A model generated the notes under the pieces. That model saw only the letters and a list, made by a program, of their open reading frames with translations. It did no database searches and was not told where the DNA came from. The translations under genes and the position numbers were made by a program. Positions 36,316 through 46,278 of a stretch of 64,000 nucleotides of DNA are shown here, piece after piece. Source of the stretch: Ignavibacteriales bacterium (GTDB lineage Bacteria; Bacteroidota; Ignavibacteria; Ignavibacteriales; SURF-24); NCBI GenBank assembly GCA_003599415.1, contig QZKB01000012.1, positions 2,041 to 66,040 of the forward strand, read 5' to 3'. How positions within the stretch are numbered: position 1 is the first letter of the stretch; every line of letters begins with the position of its first letter.

Positions 36316-39300
36316 ATGACAACTAAAAAATCACTCGGTATTTGCATCGGCGCAAGTTCAATCTCAACTGTAAAACTGAACAGGCATTTAAACAGTTTTG
36401 AAATTGATTTGGTGGAAACTATTGTTCACAACGGAAATCCTTCCTTAGTCCTAAAAGAAATTTTCAAAGGTGATATTCCAAATCGTATTGCTGTAACCGG
36501 GAAAAAGTTCAGAACGTTTCTGAATCTGCCATCCATATCGGAAGCTGAAGCAATAGAACTCGCTCTGGATAAGCTTAATTTAACCGCAGATCTTGTAATT
36601 AGTATAGGCGCAGAAAATTTTATTGTTTACCAGTTGGATAAGAAGAATAAAATCTCAAAGGTATCAACTGGAAATAAATGCGCTTCCGGTACAGGTGAAT
36701 TCTTTTTACAGCAGATAAAAAGAATGGATATGAATGTAAATGAGGCTGTTAAACTTGGGCTTAAAGGAGAGCCATATAACATTTCGGGAAGATGCTCGGT
36801 GTTCTGTAAATCGGATTGCACACACGCACTTAATAAAGGCGTGCCCAAAGAAAATGTTGTTGCCGGTCTTTCCCGCATGATGGCAAATAAAATTATTGAA
36901 CTTACTGCAAAAGTACCGCACAAGTCTGCAATTATTATCGGCGGCGTTACTAAAAATAAAGCTATGCTCCGCTTTCTTGATGATCACTTTGATAGCATTA
37001 TAATTCCCGAAGAAGCTGCATACTTTGAAGCTGTCGGCGCAGCATTGTTTGCTTTAGAAAACCAACAGGTTGAGTTGAATAAAGAAAAATTATTCTTTGA
37101 TGGTCATTCTTCTTTCACATTCCATAAACCATTAAGGGAATTTTCATCTAAAGTTACATTCAGAGAATCAACGCGGGGAAATGTAAAAGAAAATGATGTT
37201 TGTATTCTTGGTCTTGATGTCGGCTCAACAACTACAAAGGCAATCCTGTTAAGAAAGAAAGATAACCTGATTCTTGCATCAGAATATTTACGAACTAACG
37301 GAGATCCTGTAAAAGCATCTGTTGAATGTTATAAAAGTATCTACTCGCAAATTAATGTTACTGTTAGAATTATTGGATTGGGTGTAACCGGTTCAGGCAG
37401 GTACATTGCCGGGCTTCATGCTTTAACAAAAGGAATTATAAACGAAATAATTGCACATGCTTCCGCAACGGTTTTTTTTGATAAAGAGGTTGATACCATT
37501 TTCGAAATCGGCGGGCAGGATGCTAAGTATACTTACATCACTTCCGGCATTGCTTCAGATTATGCAATGAATGAAGCCTGCTCTGCCGGTACAGGTTCAT
37601 TCCTTGAAGAATCCGCAAAGGAATCTTTGGATATTGATTATAAGGAAATTGGTAAGATTGCTTTAACAGCAACTAACCCGCCTAACTTTAATGATCAGTG
37701 TGCGGCATTTATAAGCAGCGATATTAAAAATGCACTTCACGAAGGACTTGAAAAGGACGACATTGTCGCCGGGCTTGTTTATTCAATTTGTATGAACTAC
37801 AACAACAGGGTAAAAGGAAACAGGCCCGTTGGTAAAAAGATTTTTATGCAGGGCGGCGTTTGTTATAATAAAGCTGTTCCTGTTGCAATGGCAGCATTAA
37901 CAGGTAAGGAAATCATTGTTCCTCCCGAGCCCGGACTGATGGGAGCATTCGGAGTTGCACTTGAAATTAAAAACAGAATAAATCTAGGATTACTTGCGGA
38001 AGAGGATTTTAGTCTTGAAAATCTAATCAACAGAAAAGTTGAGTATGAAAAATCTTTTGTCTGTGCCGGCGGAGCAGAGAAGTGCGATAGAAAATGCGGC
38101 ATCTCCGTAATTAAAATTGAAGGAAAGAAATATCCATTCGGCGGTGCCTGCAATAAATATTACAATCTTCAGCTTGATATAAAAACATCTTCAAATGAAT
38201 ATGATTTAGTGAAACTCAGGCAGCATCTTGTATTCGAAAAATATATTCAGCCTTTGCCTGTGGATATTGATGTTCCCGTGATTGGAATTTCAAAATCATT
38301 TCTTACAAATACTCTCTACCCGCTCTATTATAATTTCTTTACTCAGCTTGGATTTAAAGTAATTGTTGGAGATGAAGCAAAGCATGAAGGAATTGACAAG
38401 AAAGAGTCTTCGTTCTGTTACCCGGTTGAATTAGCTCATGGTTTCTTCCAGGATTTGATTGGCAGAAAACCGGATTATATTTTTCTTCCTCATATAACTG
38501 AGGTAAGCGGCCAAGATAAAGATAAAAGGAGTAAGACCTGTGTGCTGCTCCAGTCGGAAAGTTATTATCTTAAGACAACATTTAAAGACGAGTTGAACGG
38601 AATTAAAATTCTTTCACCGCTTCTGAATTTTTCAGATGGATATAATTCGGCAAAGAATTCATTTGTTAAACTTGCAGGCGAATTAAGAATTACAAAAGCT
38701 GCTGCATCTGCAGCCTTTGATTTTGCTATTGGTAAATTAAATGAAATGTTTGATGAGTTTAAAAGTATCGGGAAAGAATTTTTATCTCAACTTGAAAAAG
38801 ACAAGTCAAAGTTTGCTGTTGTTCTGTTCGGCAGAAGCTACAACTCATTTGCTAAGGAAGCAAATCTTGGAATTCCACGGAAGTTTGCATCAAGAAATAT
38901 TCACATTATTCCACATGACTTTTTATTCCCGGATGAATCTGACAGCTACAGGCATATGTACTGGGGATTGGGCCAGCAGATTTTAAGAAACGCACGGTTC
39001 GTAAAAAATCATCCGCAGTTATTCGGAACATTCATAACAAATTTCAGTTGCGGACCGGATTCATTCATTATCGGTTACTTCCGCGAAATTATGGGAAGCA
39101 AACCGTCATTAACTCTTGAACTCGATAGTCATTCAGCCGATGCGGGTATTAATACGAGAATAGAAGCTGCAATAGATATAATTAAAAGCTACAGAGAGCT
39201 GAATAAAAATATTGATAAACCTTCAGCAGCCAAAAGATACCGCCCGTTAAAGGTAATAGATTCGCATTGGATTGAAGATTCCTTTGGCAATAAAATATCA

Positions 39301-40686
39301 ATTACTGATCCCTCAGTCAAAATGCTTGTGCCAAGTATGGGCAAAATAGGAACAGATTTCTTCTCTGCGGCTTTCAGGGCAGTTGGAATAAATTCAGTCG
39401 CTCTGCCTGTCTATTCGTTTGAAACACTGATGGTTGGAAGAGGGAATTCTACCTGTAAAGAATGCCTTCCACTGCAGCTTAATGCGGGACAGATGATTGA
39501 ATATTATAATAACCGGACTGATGAGAATGAAAAAACTTTATTGTTCATGGCAAAAGGAGACGGCCCCTGCAGGCTTGGGCAATACCATGTTTTTCTTGAA
39601 GACCTTATTGCTAAAAGGGAGTTGGAAAATTTTGGTGTTTATACTTTAACCGATGAAGATTCCTACGGCGGATTGAGTAATGAATTCGTAATCCGCGGCT
39701 GGGTTGCAGTAACTGTTTCCGATGTGTTAAAAGATATTTATAACGCTATCCAGGCGATTGCAGTCAACCGTGAAGAAGCAAATCTGATTTTTGAAAATGC
39801 TTATAATATTCTGTTAGATTCATTCACGAAAGTTTCATTAAAGCAATTCATTAAAAACCTTGAATCATTTGCAATATCAATCTCTTCTATTCCAAGAAAC
39901 GAAGAAATTGGTTCTGCTAAAAAAGTATTACTAACAGGAGAAATATTTGTCCGCCACGATGAGTTTTCAAGAATGGATTTGCTTGATAAACTTTTTAAGA
40001 AAAATTTTGTCGTAAGGACAGCTCCGATTGGCGAGTATGTTTATTATTCAAACTTTCTCGCGGCAACAAATTCCAATAAACCTTTTTCAATAAGTGATAA
40101 GTTAAAATTCAAAATCAGGGAGTATGTTCAAAGAGATTACGAGCGGAAGATAAAACATGCTTTAGCCAAATCCGGCTTTTATGAATACAACATGATTAAA
40201 GTTGAAGAAGCAATAAAAAATTCCTTACCATTTATAAGTAAGGATCTTGAAGGTGAGGCGATCCTAACAACCGGTTCAGCATTACATGAAATAATAGATC
40301 AGGTTTGCGGAGTTATTTCAATTGGTCCGTTTGGTTGTATGCCGTCAAGAGTTGCAGAATCAATCCTTAATGTTGAGATGAATATTGAAGGGAAGAAGCT
40401 TTCGTCGCGGAAAGATATTCCGAATATAGATTTAGAAGATTTGCCGTTCCTATCAATTGAAACAGACGGAAATTTATTCCCGCAGATAATTCAGTCTAAA
40501 ATTGAAATCTTTATGCTTCAGGCAGAAAGGCTTTTTGAAAAACTTAAAATAAAAGATGAACCTACTATTAAAAAATATAAGGAAGCCTTAACAAAGATTG
40601 TTGAAACTTACCAGGTGAAAGACAGAGAAAATCCAAACAAGGAAACATTGCCCCAGTATAACAGTGCAATTTCCGAAGCTGAATAA
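36316..40686 (+). CDS. Fused double BcrAD/BadFG-type activase ATPase plus DUF2229/2-hydroxyacyl-CoA dehydratase D-like domains
   Basis: Two acetate/sugar-kinase-fold halves (LGICIGASS... and LGLDVGSTTTKAILL). Each has activase cluster Cys motifs (NKCASGTGEF/GRCSVFCKSD and NEACSAGTGSF/NDQCAAFISSD). These are followed by about 870 aa with Cys-rich segments. Confidence 0.8.
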   Translation: MTTKKSLGICIGASSISTVKLNRHLNSFEIDLVETIVHNGNPSLVLKEIFKGDIPNRIAVTGKKFRTFLNLPSISEAEAIELALDKLNLTADLVISIGAENFIVYQLDKKNKISKVSTGNKCASGTGEFFLQQIKRMDMNVNEAVKLGLKGEPYNISGRCSVFCKSDCTHALNKGVPKENVVAGLSRMMANKIIELTAKVPHKSAIIIGGVTKNKAMLRFLDDHFDSIIIPEEAAYFEAVGAALFALENQQVELNKEKLFFDGHSSFTFHKPLREFSSKVTFRESTRGNVKENDVCILGLDVGSTTTKAILLRKKDNLILASEYLRTNGDPVKASVECYKSIYSQINVTVRIIGLGVTGSGRYIAGLHALTKGIINEIIAHASATVFFDKEVDTIFEIGGQDAKYTYITSGIASDYAMNEACSAGTGSFLEESAKESLDIDYKEIGKIALTATNPPNFNDQCAAFISSDIKNALHEGLEKDDIVAGLVYSICMNYNNRVKGNRPVGKKIFMQGGVCYNKAVPVAMAALTGKEIIVPPEPGLMGAFGVALEIKNRINLGLLAEEDFSLENLINRKVEYEKSFVCAGGAEKCDRKCGISVIKIEGKKYPFGGACNKYYNLQLDIKTSSNEYDLVKLRQHLVFEKYIQPLPVDIDVPVIGISKSFLTNTLYPLYYNFFTQLGFKVIVGDEAKHEGIDKKESSFCYPVELAHGFFQDLIGRKPDYIFLPHITEVSGQDKDKRSKTCVLLQSESYYLKTTFKDELNGIKILSPLLNFSDGYNSAKNSFVKLAGELRITKAAASAAFDFAIGKLNEMFDEFKSIGKEFLSQLEKDKSKFAVVLFGRSYNSFAKEANLGIPRKFASRNIHIIPHDFLFPDESDSYRHMYWGLGQQILRNARFVKNHPQLFGTFITNFSCGPDSFIIGYFREIMGSKPSLTLELDSHSADAGINTRIEAAIDIIKSYRELNKNIDKPSAAKRYRPLKVIDSHWIEDSFGNKISITDPSVKMLVPSMGKIGTDFFSAAFRAVGINSVALPVYSFETLMVGRGNSTCKECLPLQLNAGQMIEYYNNRTDENEKTLLFMAKGDGPCRLGQYHVFLEDLIAKRELENFGVYTLTDEDSYGGLSNEFVIRGWVAVTVSDVLKDIYNAIQAIAVNREEANLIFENAYNILLDSFTKVSLKQFIKNLESFAISISSIPRNEEIGSAKKVLLTGEIFVRHDEFSRMDLLDKLFKKNFVVRTAPIGEYVYYSNFLAATNSNKPFSISDKLKFKIREYVQRDYERKIKHALAKSGFYEYNMIKVEEAIKNSLPFISKDLEGEAILTTGSALHEIIDQVCGVISIGPFGCMPSRVAESILNVEMNIEGKKLSSRKDIPNIDLEDLPFLSIETDGNLFPQIIQSKIEIFMLQAERLFEKLKIKDEPTIKKYKEALTKIVETYQVKDRENPNKETLPQYNSAISEAE

Positions 40687-40693
40687 GGTCTGA

Positions 40694-42706
40694 TTATTTA
40701 ATCATCTTCTTCAGTTTATCAATTTCATCTCTAAGTGAAGCCGCGCGTTCAAACTCAAGGTCTTTGGCGGCTGCAAGCATTTCTTCGGTTAATTGCTCAA
40801 CTAATTCCTGGCGTTGTTCATTGCTCATATATTTAATTACAGGTTCGGCAACCTTTGTAAACGATGCCTGCTTGTCTGTGTCTTTCTTTCTAAGCTCAGC
40901 AATTGAAGTGGAGTTCATGATTTCTTCCACACTTTTAAAGATTGTTACCGGAGTAATATTGTTCTCTTTATTATAATCCATCTGAATCTTTCTGCGGCGC
41001 TTCGTTTCATTTATAGTCTTTTCCATTGATTTGGTTATAACATCTGCATACATAATTACTTTACCGTTTATATTTCTTGCTGTTCTACCAGCGGTTTGAA
41101 TTAATGATCTTTCACTTCGCAGAAAGCCTTCTTTGTCCGCATCAATTATAGCAACAAGAGAAACCTCAGGCAGATCAAGTCCTTCTCTTAATAAGTTTAC
41201 ACCTACAAGCACATCGAAATCGCCAAGTCGCAAATCCCTTACAATCTCAACGCGCTCAAGAGCATCAATATCACTGTGGATATATTTTACCTGGATACCA
41301 ATCCTGTCAAGGTAATCAGTCAGGTCTTCCGCCATTTTTTTTGTTAAAGTTGTAACAAGAATTCTTTCTTTTCGTTTTGTGCGTGTTCTTATCTCATCAA
41401 TCAGGTCATCTATCTGTCCTTTGATTGGTCTTACTTCTATTTCAGGATCAACCAAACCAGTAGGACGAATAACCTGTTCAATAAAAGCTCCGCCTGTTTT
41501 TTCAAGTTCAAAATTTCCCGGTGTGGCGCTTACATACACAACCTGGTTAACAAGATTTTCATATTCATCAAATTTTAATGGACGATTATCCATTGCTGAA
41601 GGAAGTCGAAATCCATATTCAACTAACACCTCTTTACGGGATCTATCTCCTAGATACATACCACGAATTTGCGGAACAGTGACGTGAGATTCATCAATTA
41701 TTAAAAGGTAATCTTTTGGAAAATAATCAAACAGGCAATAAGGACGTGAACCCGGAGGGCGGTTATCCATATGCCGGGAATAATTTTCAATTCCTGAGCA
41801 GTAACCGATTTCCTTAATCATTTCTATATCGAACCTGGTTCGCTGTTCAATTCTCTGCGCTTCAAGATATTTTTCCTGCGAGTTAAAATATTTTAATCTG
41901 TCGCGCAGTTCTTCTTCAATATCTACAATAGCGCGGTTTACCTGTTCTCTTGTAGTAACAAAATATTTTGCAGGATAAATTGCGGTTGTATCAACTTCTG
42001 TTATAACATTACCGGAGGTGGAATCAATGATAGAAAGTCTTTCAATTTCATCTCCCCAGAATTCAATCCTCACTGCTTCATCGTTCTGGTAAGCGGGAAT
42101 TATTTCTACAACATCACCACGGGCGCGGAATGTGCCTCGTGTAAAATCAATATCATTCCTTGTATAGTAAATATCAATAAGTTTCCGCATCAGTTGTTTG
42201 CGCGTTATTGTTTCTCCCTTTTTAACAAACATTATTTGTCTTGCATATTCCTGCGGGGCACCTATTCCGTAAATGCAGCTAACGCTTGCAACAATTATTA
42301 CATCATTTCTTCCTTCAATTAAAGATGTAGTAGCTTTAAGACGAAGCCTGTCAATTTCTTCGTTTACGGAAAAATCTTTTTCGATGTACAAATCCCGCTT
42401 AACAACGTAAGCTTCCGGCTGGTAGTAATCATAATAGCTAATAAAGAACTCAACCGCATTGTTAGGAAAGAAAGCCTTAAACTCCGAATAGAGTTGTGCG
42501 GCAAGGGTTTTATTATGTGAAATGATAAGAGTCGGTTTGTTAACTCTTTCAATTACGTTTGACATTGTGAATGTTTTTCCGCTTCCTGTTACACCAAGTA
42601 GAACCTGGTGTTTGTCGCCACGGTTTATTCCGGCAACTAATTCTTCAATTGCTAAGGGCTGGTCGCCGGTTGGCTTATAGTTAGAGACTAATTCAAATTT
42701 TCTCAT
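40694..42706 (-). CDS. uvrB: Excinuclease ABC subunit B
   Basis: [10 protein letters not shown] Walker A, DESH box, beta-hairpin region [11 protein letters not shown]-terminal UVR domain ...EFERAA.LRDEI..L. Confidence 0.97.
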   Translation of the reverse strand: MRKFELVSNYKPTGDQPLAIEELVAGINRGDKHQVLLGVTGSGKTFTMSNVIERVNKPTLIISHNKTLAAQLYSEFKAFFPNNAVEFFISYYDYYQPEAYVVKRDLYIEKDFSVNEEIDRLRLKATTSLIEGRNDVIIVASVSCIYGIGAPQEYARQIMFVKKGETITRKQLMRKLIDIYYTRNDIDFTRGTFRARGDVVEIIPAYQNDEAVRIEFWGDEIERLSIIDSTSGNVITEVDTTAIYPAKYFVTTREQVNRAIVDIEEELRDRLKYFNSQEKYLEAQRIEQRTRFDIEMIKEIGYCSGIENYSRHMDNRPPGSRPYCLFDYFPKDYLLIIDESHVTVPQIRGMYLGDRSRKEVLVEYGFRLPSAMDNRPLKFDEYENLVNQVVYVSATPGNFELEKTGGAFIEQVIRPTGLVDPEIEVRPIKGQIDDLIDEIRTRTKRKERILVTTLTKKMAEDLTDYLDRIGIQVKYIHSDIDALERVEIVRDLRLGDFDVLVGVNLLREGLDLPEVSLVAIIDADKEGFLRSERSLIQTAGRTARNINGKVIMYADVITKSMEKTINETKRRRKIQMDYNKENNITPVTIFKSVEEIMNSTSIAELRKKDTDKQASFTKVAEPVIKYMSNEQRQELVEQLTEEMLAAAKDLEFERAASLRDEIDKLKKMIK

Positions 42707-42889
42707 TGTTTCTTAAAATATGATGATTTAAATCCGCTATGTATTAAATGATAATGGCAAGTTTGAAGTTCAACTTTCACTAATAAATTTACTTTAATAT
42801 ATGATTAAAAGAAATAAAGGTTGTAACTTTGAGCCATAAATATCCGGCAAATAGTATTCATATTTTCATTAATAATCTTTTGAGGTAAA

Positions 42890-43861
42890 ATGTTCCGCAG
42901 TATTTTTTTACATGGAAGAACAATTATTTTATTGTTTGTTCTTATCCTGGTATTTAACTCATGTAGTAAAAAGAACAACCTTTATACAATCGGCATAATA
43001 CAGGTGGTTGATAATGTAGTATTGAATGATGCAAGAAATGCAGTTATGGAATCTTTAAAGGAAGAAGGATTTGAAGAAGGAAAAAATCTGAATGTAATCT
43101 ATAAAAATGCCCAGGGTGAAATTTCTAATATCGCATTAATACTTCAATCATTTGTGACAGAGAATGTGGATATGGTTATTACTCTTGGAACACCATGTAT
43201 GGCCGGAGCTGCACAGTTTATAAAAAGCAAACCGGCAGTGTTTACAGTTGCTTTTAGTCCGGAGCAAATTGGGATTGTTAATCCACCCAAAACTTTAACG
43301 GGAGTTTACGATCCGATGGATGTAAACGAACTGTTAAATGTAATTAAAACTGTAAATCCAGGCATAAAGAAAATTGGAATTATATTTAATACTTCCGAAG
43401 CAAACGCACAATATGGTGCGGAGAAAATGAGGAAAGCATGCGCAAACCAAAATTTAGAATTGGTTGAAGCGACAATAAATTCTTCATCGGAAGTTCTTCA
43501 GGCAGCAAGTTCCCTGGCTCAAAAGAAAGTTGAAGCCTTTACTGTTATTGCGGATAATATTGCCTATGTTGGACTTGAAGCAATTGTAAAAGTATCGTTA
43601 CAAAATAAAATTCCATTATATGTTTCGGATCCAAGTCATGTTGTACGTGGAGCATTAGCCGGTAAAGGCGGAAATTATACTGAGTGGGGAAGAAAAAGCG
43701 GTAGGATTGCAGCAAGAATAATTAAGGGAGAAGATGCCAGGAATATTCCGATTGAAGTTCTTGACCAACAGGATCTTATTATTAACAAGAAAATTGCTTC
43801 GCAATTAGGAATTACAATTCCTGAAGAACTTATTAAGGAAGCAACAAAGGTAATTGAGTAA
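42890..43861 (+). CDS. ABC-transporter substrate-binding lipoprotein (ABC_sub_bind/PF04392-like), orphan
   Basis: Lipobox-like VFNSC. Periplasmic-binding fold pattern (IGIIQVVDN...VDMVITLGTP...KKIGIIFNTSEANA...). No permease or ATPase genes adjacent. Confidence 0.65.
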   Translation: MFRSIFLHGRTIILLFVLILVFNSCSKKNNLYTIGIIQVVDNVVLNDARNAVMESLKEEGFEEGKNLNVIYKNAQGEISNIALILQSFVTENVDMVITLGTPCMAGAAQFIKSKPAVFTVAFSPEQIGIVNPPKTLTGVYDPMDVNELLNVIKTVNPGIKKIGIIFNTSEANAQYGAEKMRKACANQNLELVEATINSSSEVLQAASSLAQKKVEAFTVIADNIAYVGLEAIVKVSLQNKIPLYVSDPSHVVRGALAGKGGNYTEWGRKSGRIAARIIKGEDARNIPIEVLDQQDLIINKKIASQLGITIPEELIKEATKVIE

Positions 43862-43931
43862 TATTTTAAATGAATCCTTATTGCTTTACAATTATCTTAT
43901 CAAAAGAAAATTATAAAAAACCGGAGTTATA

Positions 43932-44360
43932 GTGGCGACAAAAAAAGCTTACATAAAACAGGTAAAGGGAATAACCTTTGCAGGTAAAACAGATTCTAAC
44001 CACTGGATTACGATGGATGGACCTGAAGAATTTGGCGGAAGTAATGCAGGTATAAGACCAAAAGAATTATTGCTGATTGCACTTGGAGGCTGTACTGGAA
44101 GCGATGTTGTAAGCATCTTACAGAAGAAAAGAACTAATCTTCAGGATTTTGAAATTAATGTTTCAGCAGATGTGGCAGATGAGCATCCGCAGGTTTTTAC
44201 TAAAATTCATATTGAATATGTTTTCTACGGTAATGATCTTCAGGCAAAGGATATTGAGCGCGCAATAGAATTATCCCAGACGAAATATTGCTCGGTTACA
44301 AAGATGCTTGAGAAAGCCGCGGAAGTAACTCATTCATATAAGATTGAGAAAAGTAAATAG
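43932..44360 (+). CDS. OsmC family peroxiredoxin-like protein
   Basis: ...RPKELLLIALGGCTG.DV..IL.K.R... and ...YCSV..ML Cys pair. GTG start. Confidence 0.8.
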   Translation: MATKKAYIKQVKGITFAGKTDSNHWITMDGPEEFGGSNAGIRPKELLLIALGGCTGSDVVSILQKKRTNLQDFEINVSADVADEHPQVFTKIHIEYVFYGNDLQAKDIERAIELSQTKYCSVTKMLEKAAEVTHSYKIEKSK

Positions 44361-44402
44361 TTTGAACATTAGCCGCTATCAACAGGCAAACATGATAACT
44401 TT

Positions 44403-44435
44403 ATCAGAGAGACAAAAAATTTCTGCCTCTCTGAT
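44403..44435 (+). terminator. Stem-loop ATCAGAGAG-(15 nt)-CTCTCTGAT between convergent genes
   Basis: 9-bp perfect stem followed by ttta. The large loop lowers confidence. Confidence 0.35.
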
Positions 44436-44436
44436 T

Positions 44437-44826
44437 TTATAAAATTTTACTGTGAATCAGTTCTTCAAGAATTAATTTTCTGCCTGCATAACCAGAGCTG
44501 TAATCGTGGTAATATTTAACCTCGTCTTCATCGCTGCGCCAGCAGAGCAATACTTTATTCCCATCAATCATAGCAGGAAAATCTACCAAGCCGACATTAA
44601 AGCTCCAATCCTTATAGTAACATCCAATGCTTTCAAGTTCTTCTATAAGCGAATTTATTCTTTCGGCAAGCTTTTCTATTTGAAGTGAATTCTGCTTAGA
44701 CTTTGCCGGATCAAGTGAAAGGTCTCTCGAGATAGTACCTGTAACCAGAATATCTCTTACAATATTTTTAACGTAAGGTAAAGTTTTGTTGGCTTCTTCA
44801 ATAGTAAAATTTTTTATTTCATTCAT
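44437..44826 (-). CDS. DUF2203 domain protein
   Basis: FTIEEANKTLPYVK... N-terminus and ...GLVDFPAMIDGNKVLLCWRSDE..V.YYH pattern. Confidence 0.6.
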   Translation of the reverse strand: MNEIKNFTIEEANKTLPYVKNIVRDILVTGTISRDLSLDPAKSKQNSLQIEKLAERINSLIEELESIGCYYKDWSFNVGLVDFPAMIDGNKVLLCWRSDEDEVKYYHDYSSGYAGRKLILEELIHSKIL

Positions 44827-44978
44827 TGGTTACTTTCTAATAAAAATTTGAATTACACTGTTTAAAGAGAGCCTGCATAAGACATACTCTATTAAAAAGA
44901 TAACTAATTAAAAATAATTTTCAAGTAATCTTTTTATCACATATTTCATTAGATGATTTAGATTACATCCGTAAAGTT

Positions 44979-46175
44979 TCAACTGGATTTTATCAGAAAA
45001 ATATTTTCCTGCGGTGATGATAAAAACTCGCAACCATCTTTAGTGACTACAACTTCTTCTTCAATAGTAGCTATTCCATAATTCTTAACCGGCAATCTTG
45101 GTTCTATTGTATAAACCTGGTTTTCTTCAATTGTCTTGAATGGAAGATCACCGTATCTTTCCCAACGAGGGGAAAGTAGCCCGCCGCCGTCATGCGCCAT
45201 TCGGCCTATCTGATGACCGAGTGCATGGGGATATTCTTCATATCCGTTTGAAGTGATATATTTTCTTGCAACATCATCAATCTCGCAGCCAAGTTTACCG
45301 GGTTTTAATTCTTTGGCTGATAGCTGGATTGATTCTTTTATAATATTAAATCCTCTTAAAACTTCGGCAGGTGGAGCATCCTCGTTTTCACGTAAAATGT
45401 ACCACGTTCTTTGCAAATCTGAACAATATCCTTTGTAGTTTACTCCGAAGTCGATGTTCAATACATGCCCGGGTTGAATAACTCTGTTTGTTGGCCCGGC
45501 ATGAGCCCCGGCTGTATCTGGTCCGGAGAAAACTGATGGGCAATAATCTTTTTCCCATGCCAATCCAAGGCTGCGTTCTTTAACAAGATTTTTTACAAAT
45601 GAAGCTACTTCCTGTTCTGTCATTCCGGGTTTCATAAAATTTGTAACGTCGTCAAAAATCCTTAGGGTTTCTTTAATAGCCGTTTTCATCAATTCAAGTT
45701 CTGCAGGAGACTTTCTTCCTCTCAAAGCAGAAATAATTTCTTCCGACGAAATCAGTCTGTTTATGTATTCGGTATCTTTCAACTGGTCAACCAATTCAAG
45801 GTACATTCCATGCGTAAGTCCGTCAGCAATATTTGAGTCTCTTGAAAAATTAATTGCAATTTTATTCGGTTTATATTTCTGAAGTGTTGTTACCAATGGT
45901 TCGTTAATTGATTTCACATAACCAATAATATTCTGGTATGTTCCCTGCATTTGCATATTAGGAACATCCAGGGATCCGAGGATCGCAATTGTATCTCCGG
46001 ATTTTGTAATAATAAATGCGGAAGGCCAGGTGCAGTTAGTCCCCACAACTATATCCATACTTGGATCTTTAATGTTTGAGCTTTCCCTTACGAAGATAAG
46101 CCACATATCAATATTTTTTTCATTCAGAATATTGACTGCCTGTGCAATCTTTTCAAGAATCATTTCTTTTGACAT
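44979..46175 (-). CDS. M24 family metallopeptidase (Xaa-Pro aminopeptidase-like)
   Basis: Pita-bread fold metal ligand pattern: ...VLNIDFGVNYKGYCSDLQRTW..., HALGHQIG, YTIEP...IEE. Confidence 0.8.
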   Translation of the reverse strand: MSKEMILEKIAQAVNILNEKNIDMWLIFVRESSNIKDPSMDIVVGTNCTWPSAFIITKSGDTIAILGSLDVPNMQMQGTYQNIIGYVKSINEPLVTTLQKYKPNKIAINFSRDSNIADGLTHGMYLELVDQLKDTEYINRLISSEEIISALRGRKSPAELELMKTAIKETLRIFDDVTNFMKPGMTEQEVASFVKNLVKERSLGLAWEKDYCPSVFSGPDTAGAHAGPTNRVIQPGHVLNIDFGVNYKGYCSDLQRTWYILRENEDAPPAEVLRGFNIIKESIQLSAKELKPGKLGCEIDDVARKYITSNGYEEYPHALGHQIGRMAHDGGGLLSPRWERYGDLPFKTIEENQVYTIEPRLPVKNYGIATIEEEVVVTKDGCEFLSSPQENIFLIKSS

Positions 46176-46278
46176 AATACAACCCTTAACTTGATACAGG
46201 ATTTTTTAGTAGACTAAATTTATTTATATTAAACTTAGCCATTTAAATAAAGCCAGGCAATAATAATTTTTCATCGAT

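Noticed and set aside
42759-42777. Palindrome TTGAA-g-TTCAA upstream of uvrB as a LexA/SOS box.
   Set aside because: It is only a 5-1-5 palindrome and matches neither CTGT-N8-ACAG nor GAAC-N4-GTTC. It lies more than 50 nt from the start codon in AT-rich DNA, where such palindromes arise by chance.
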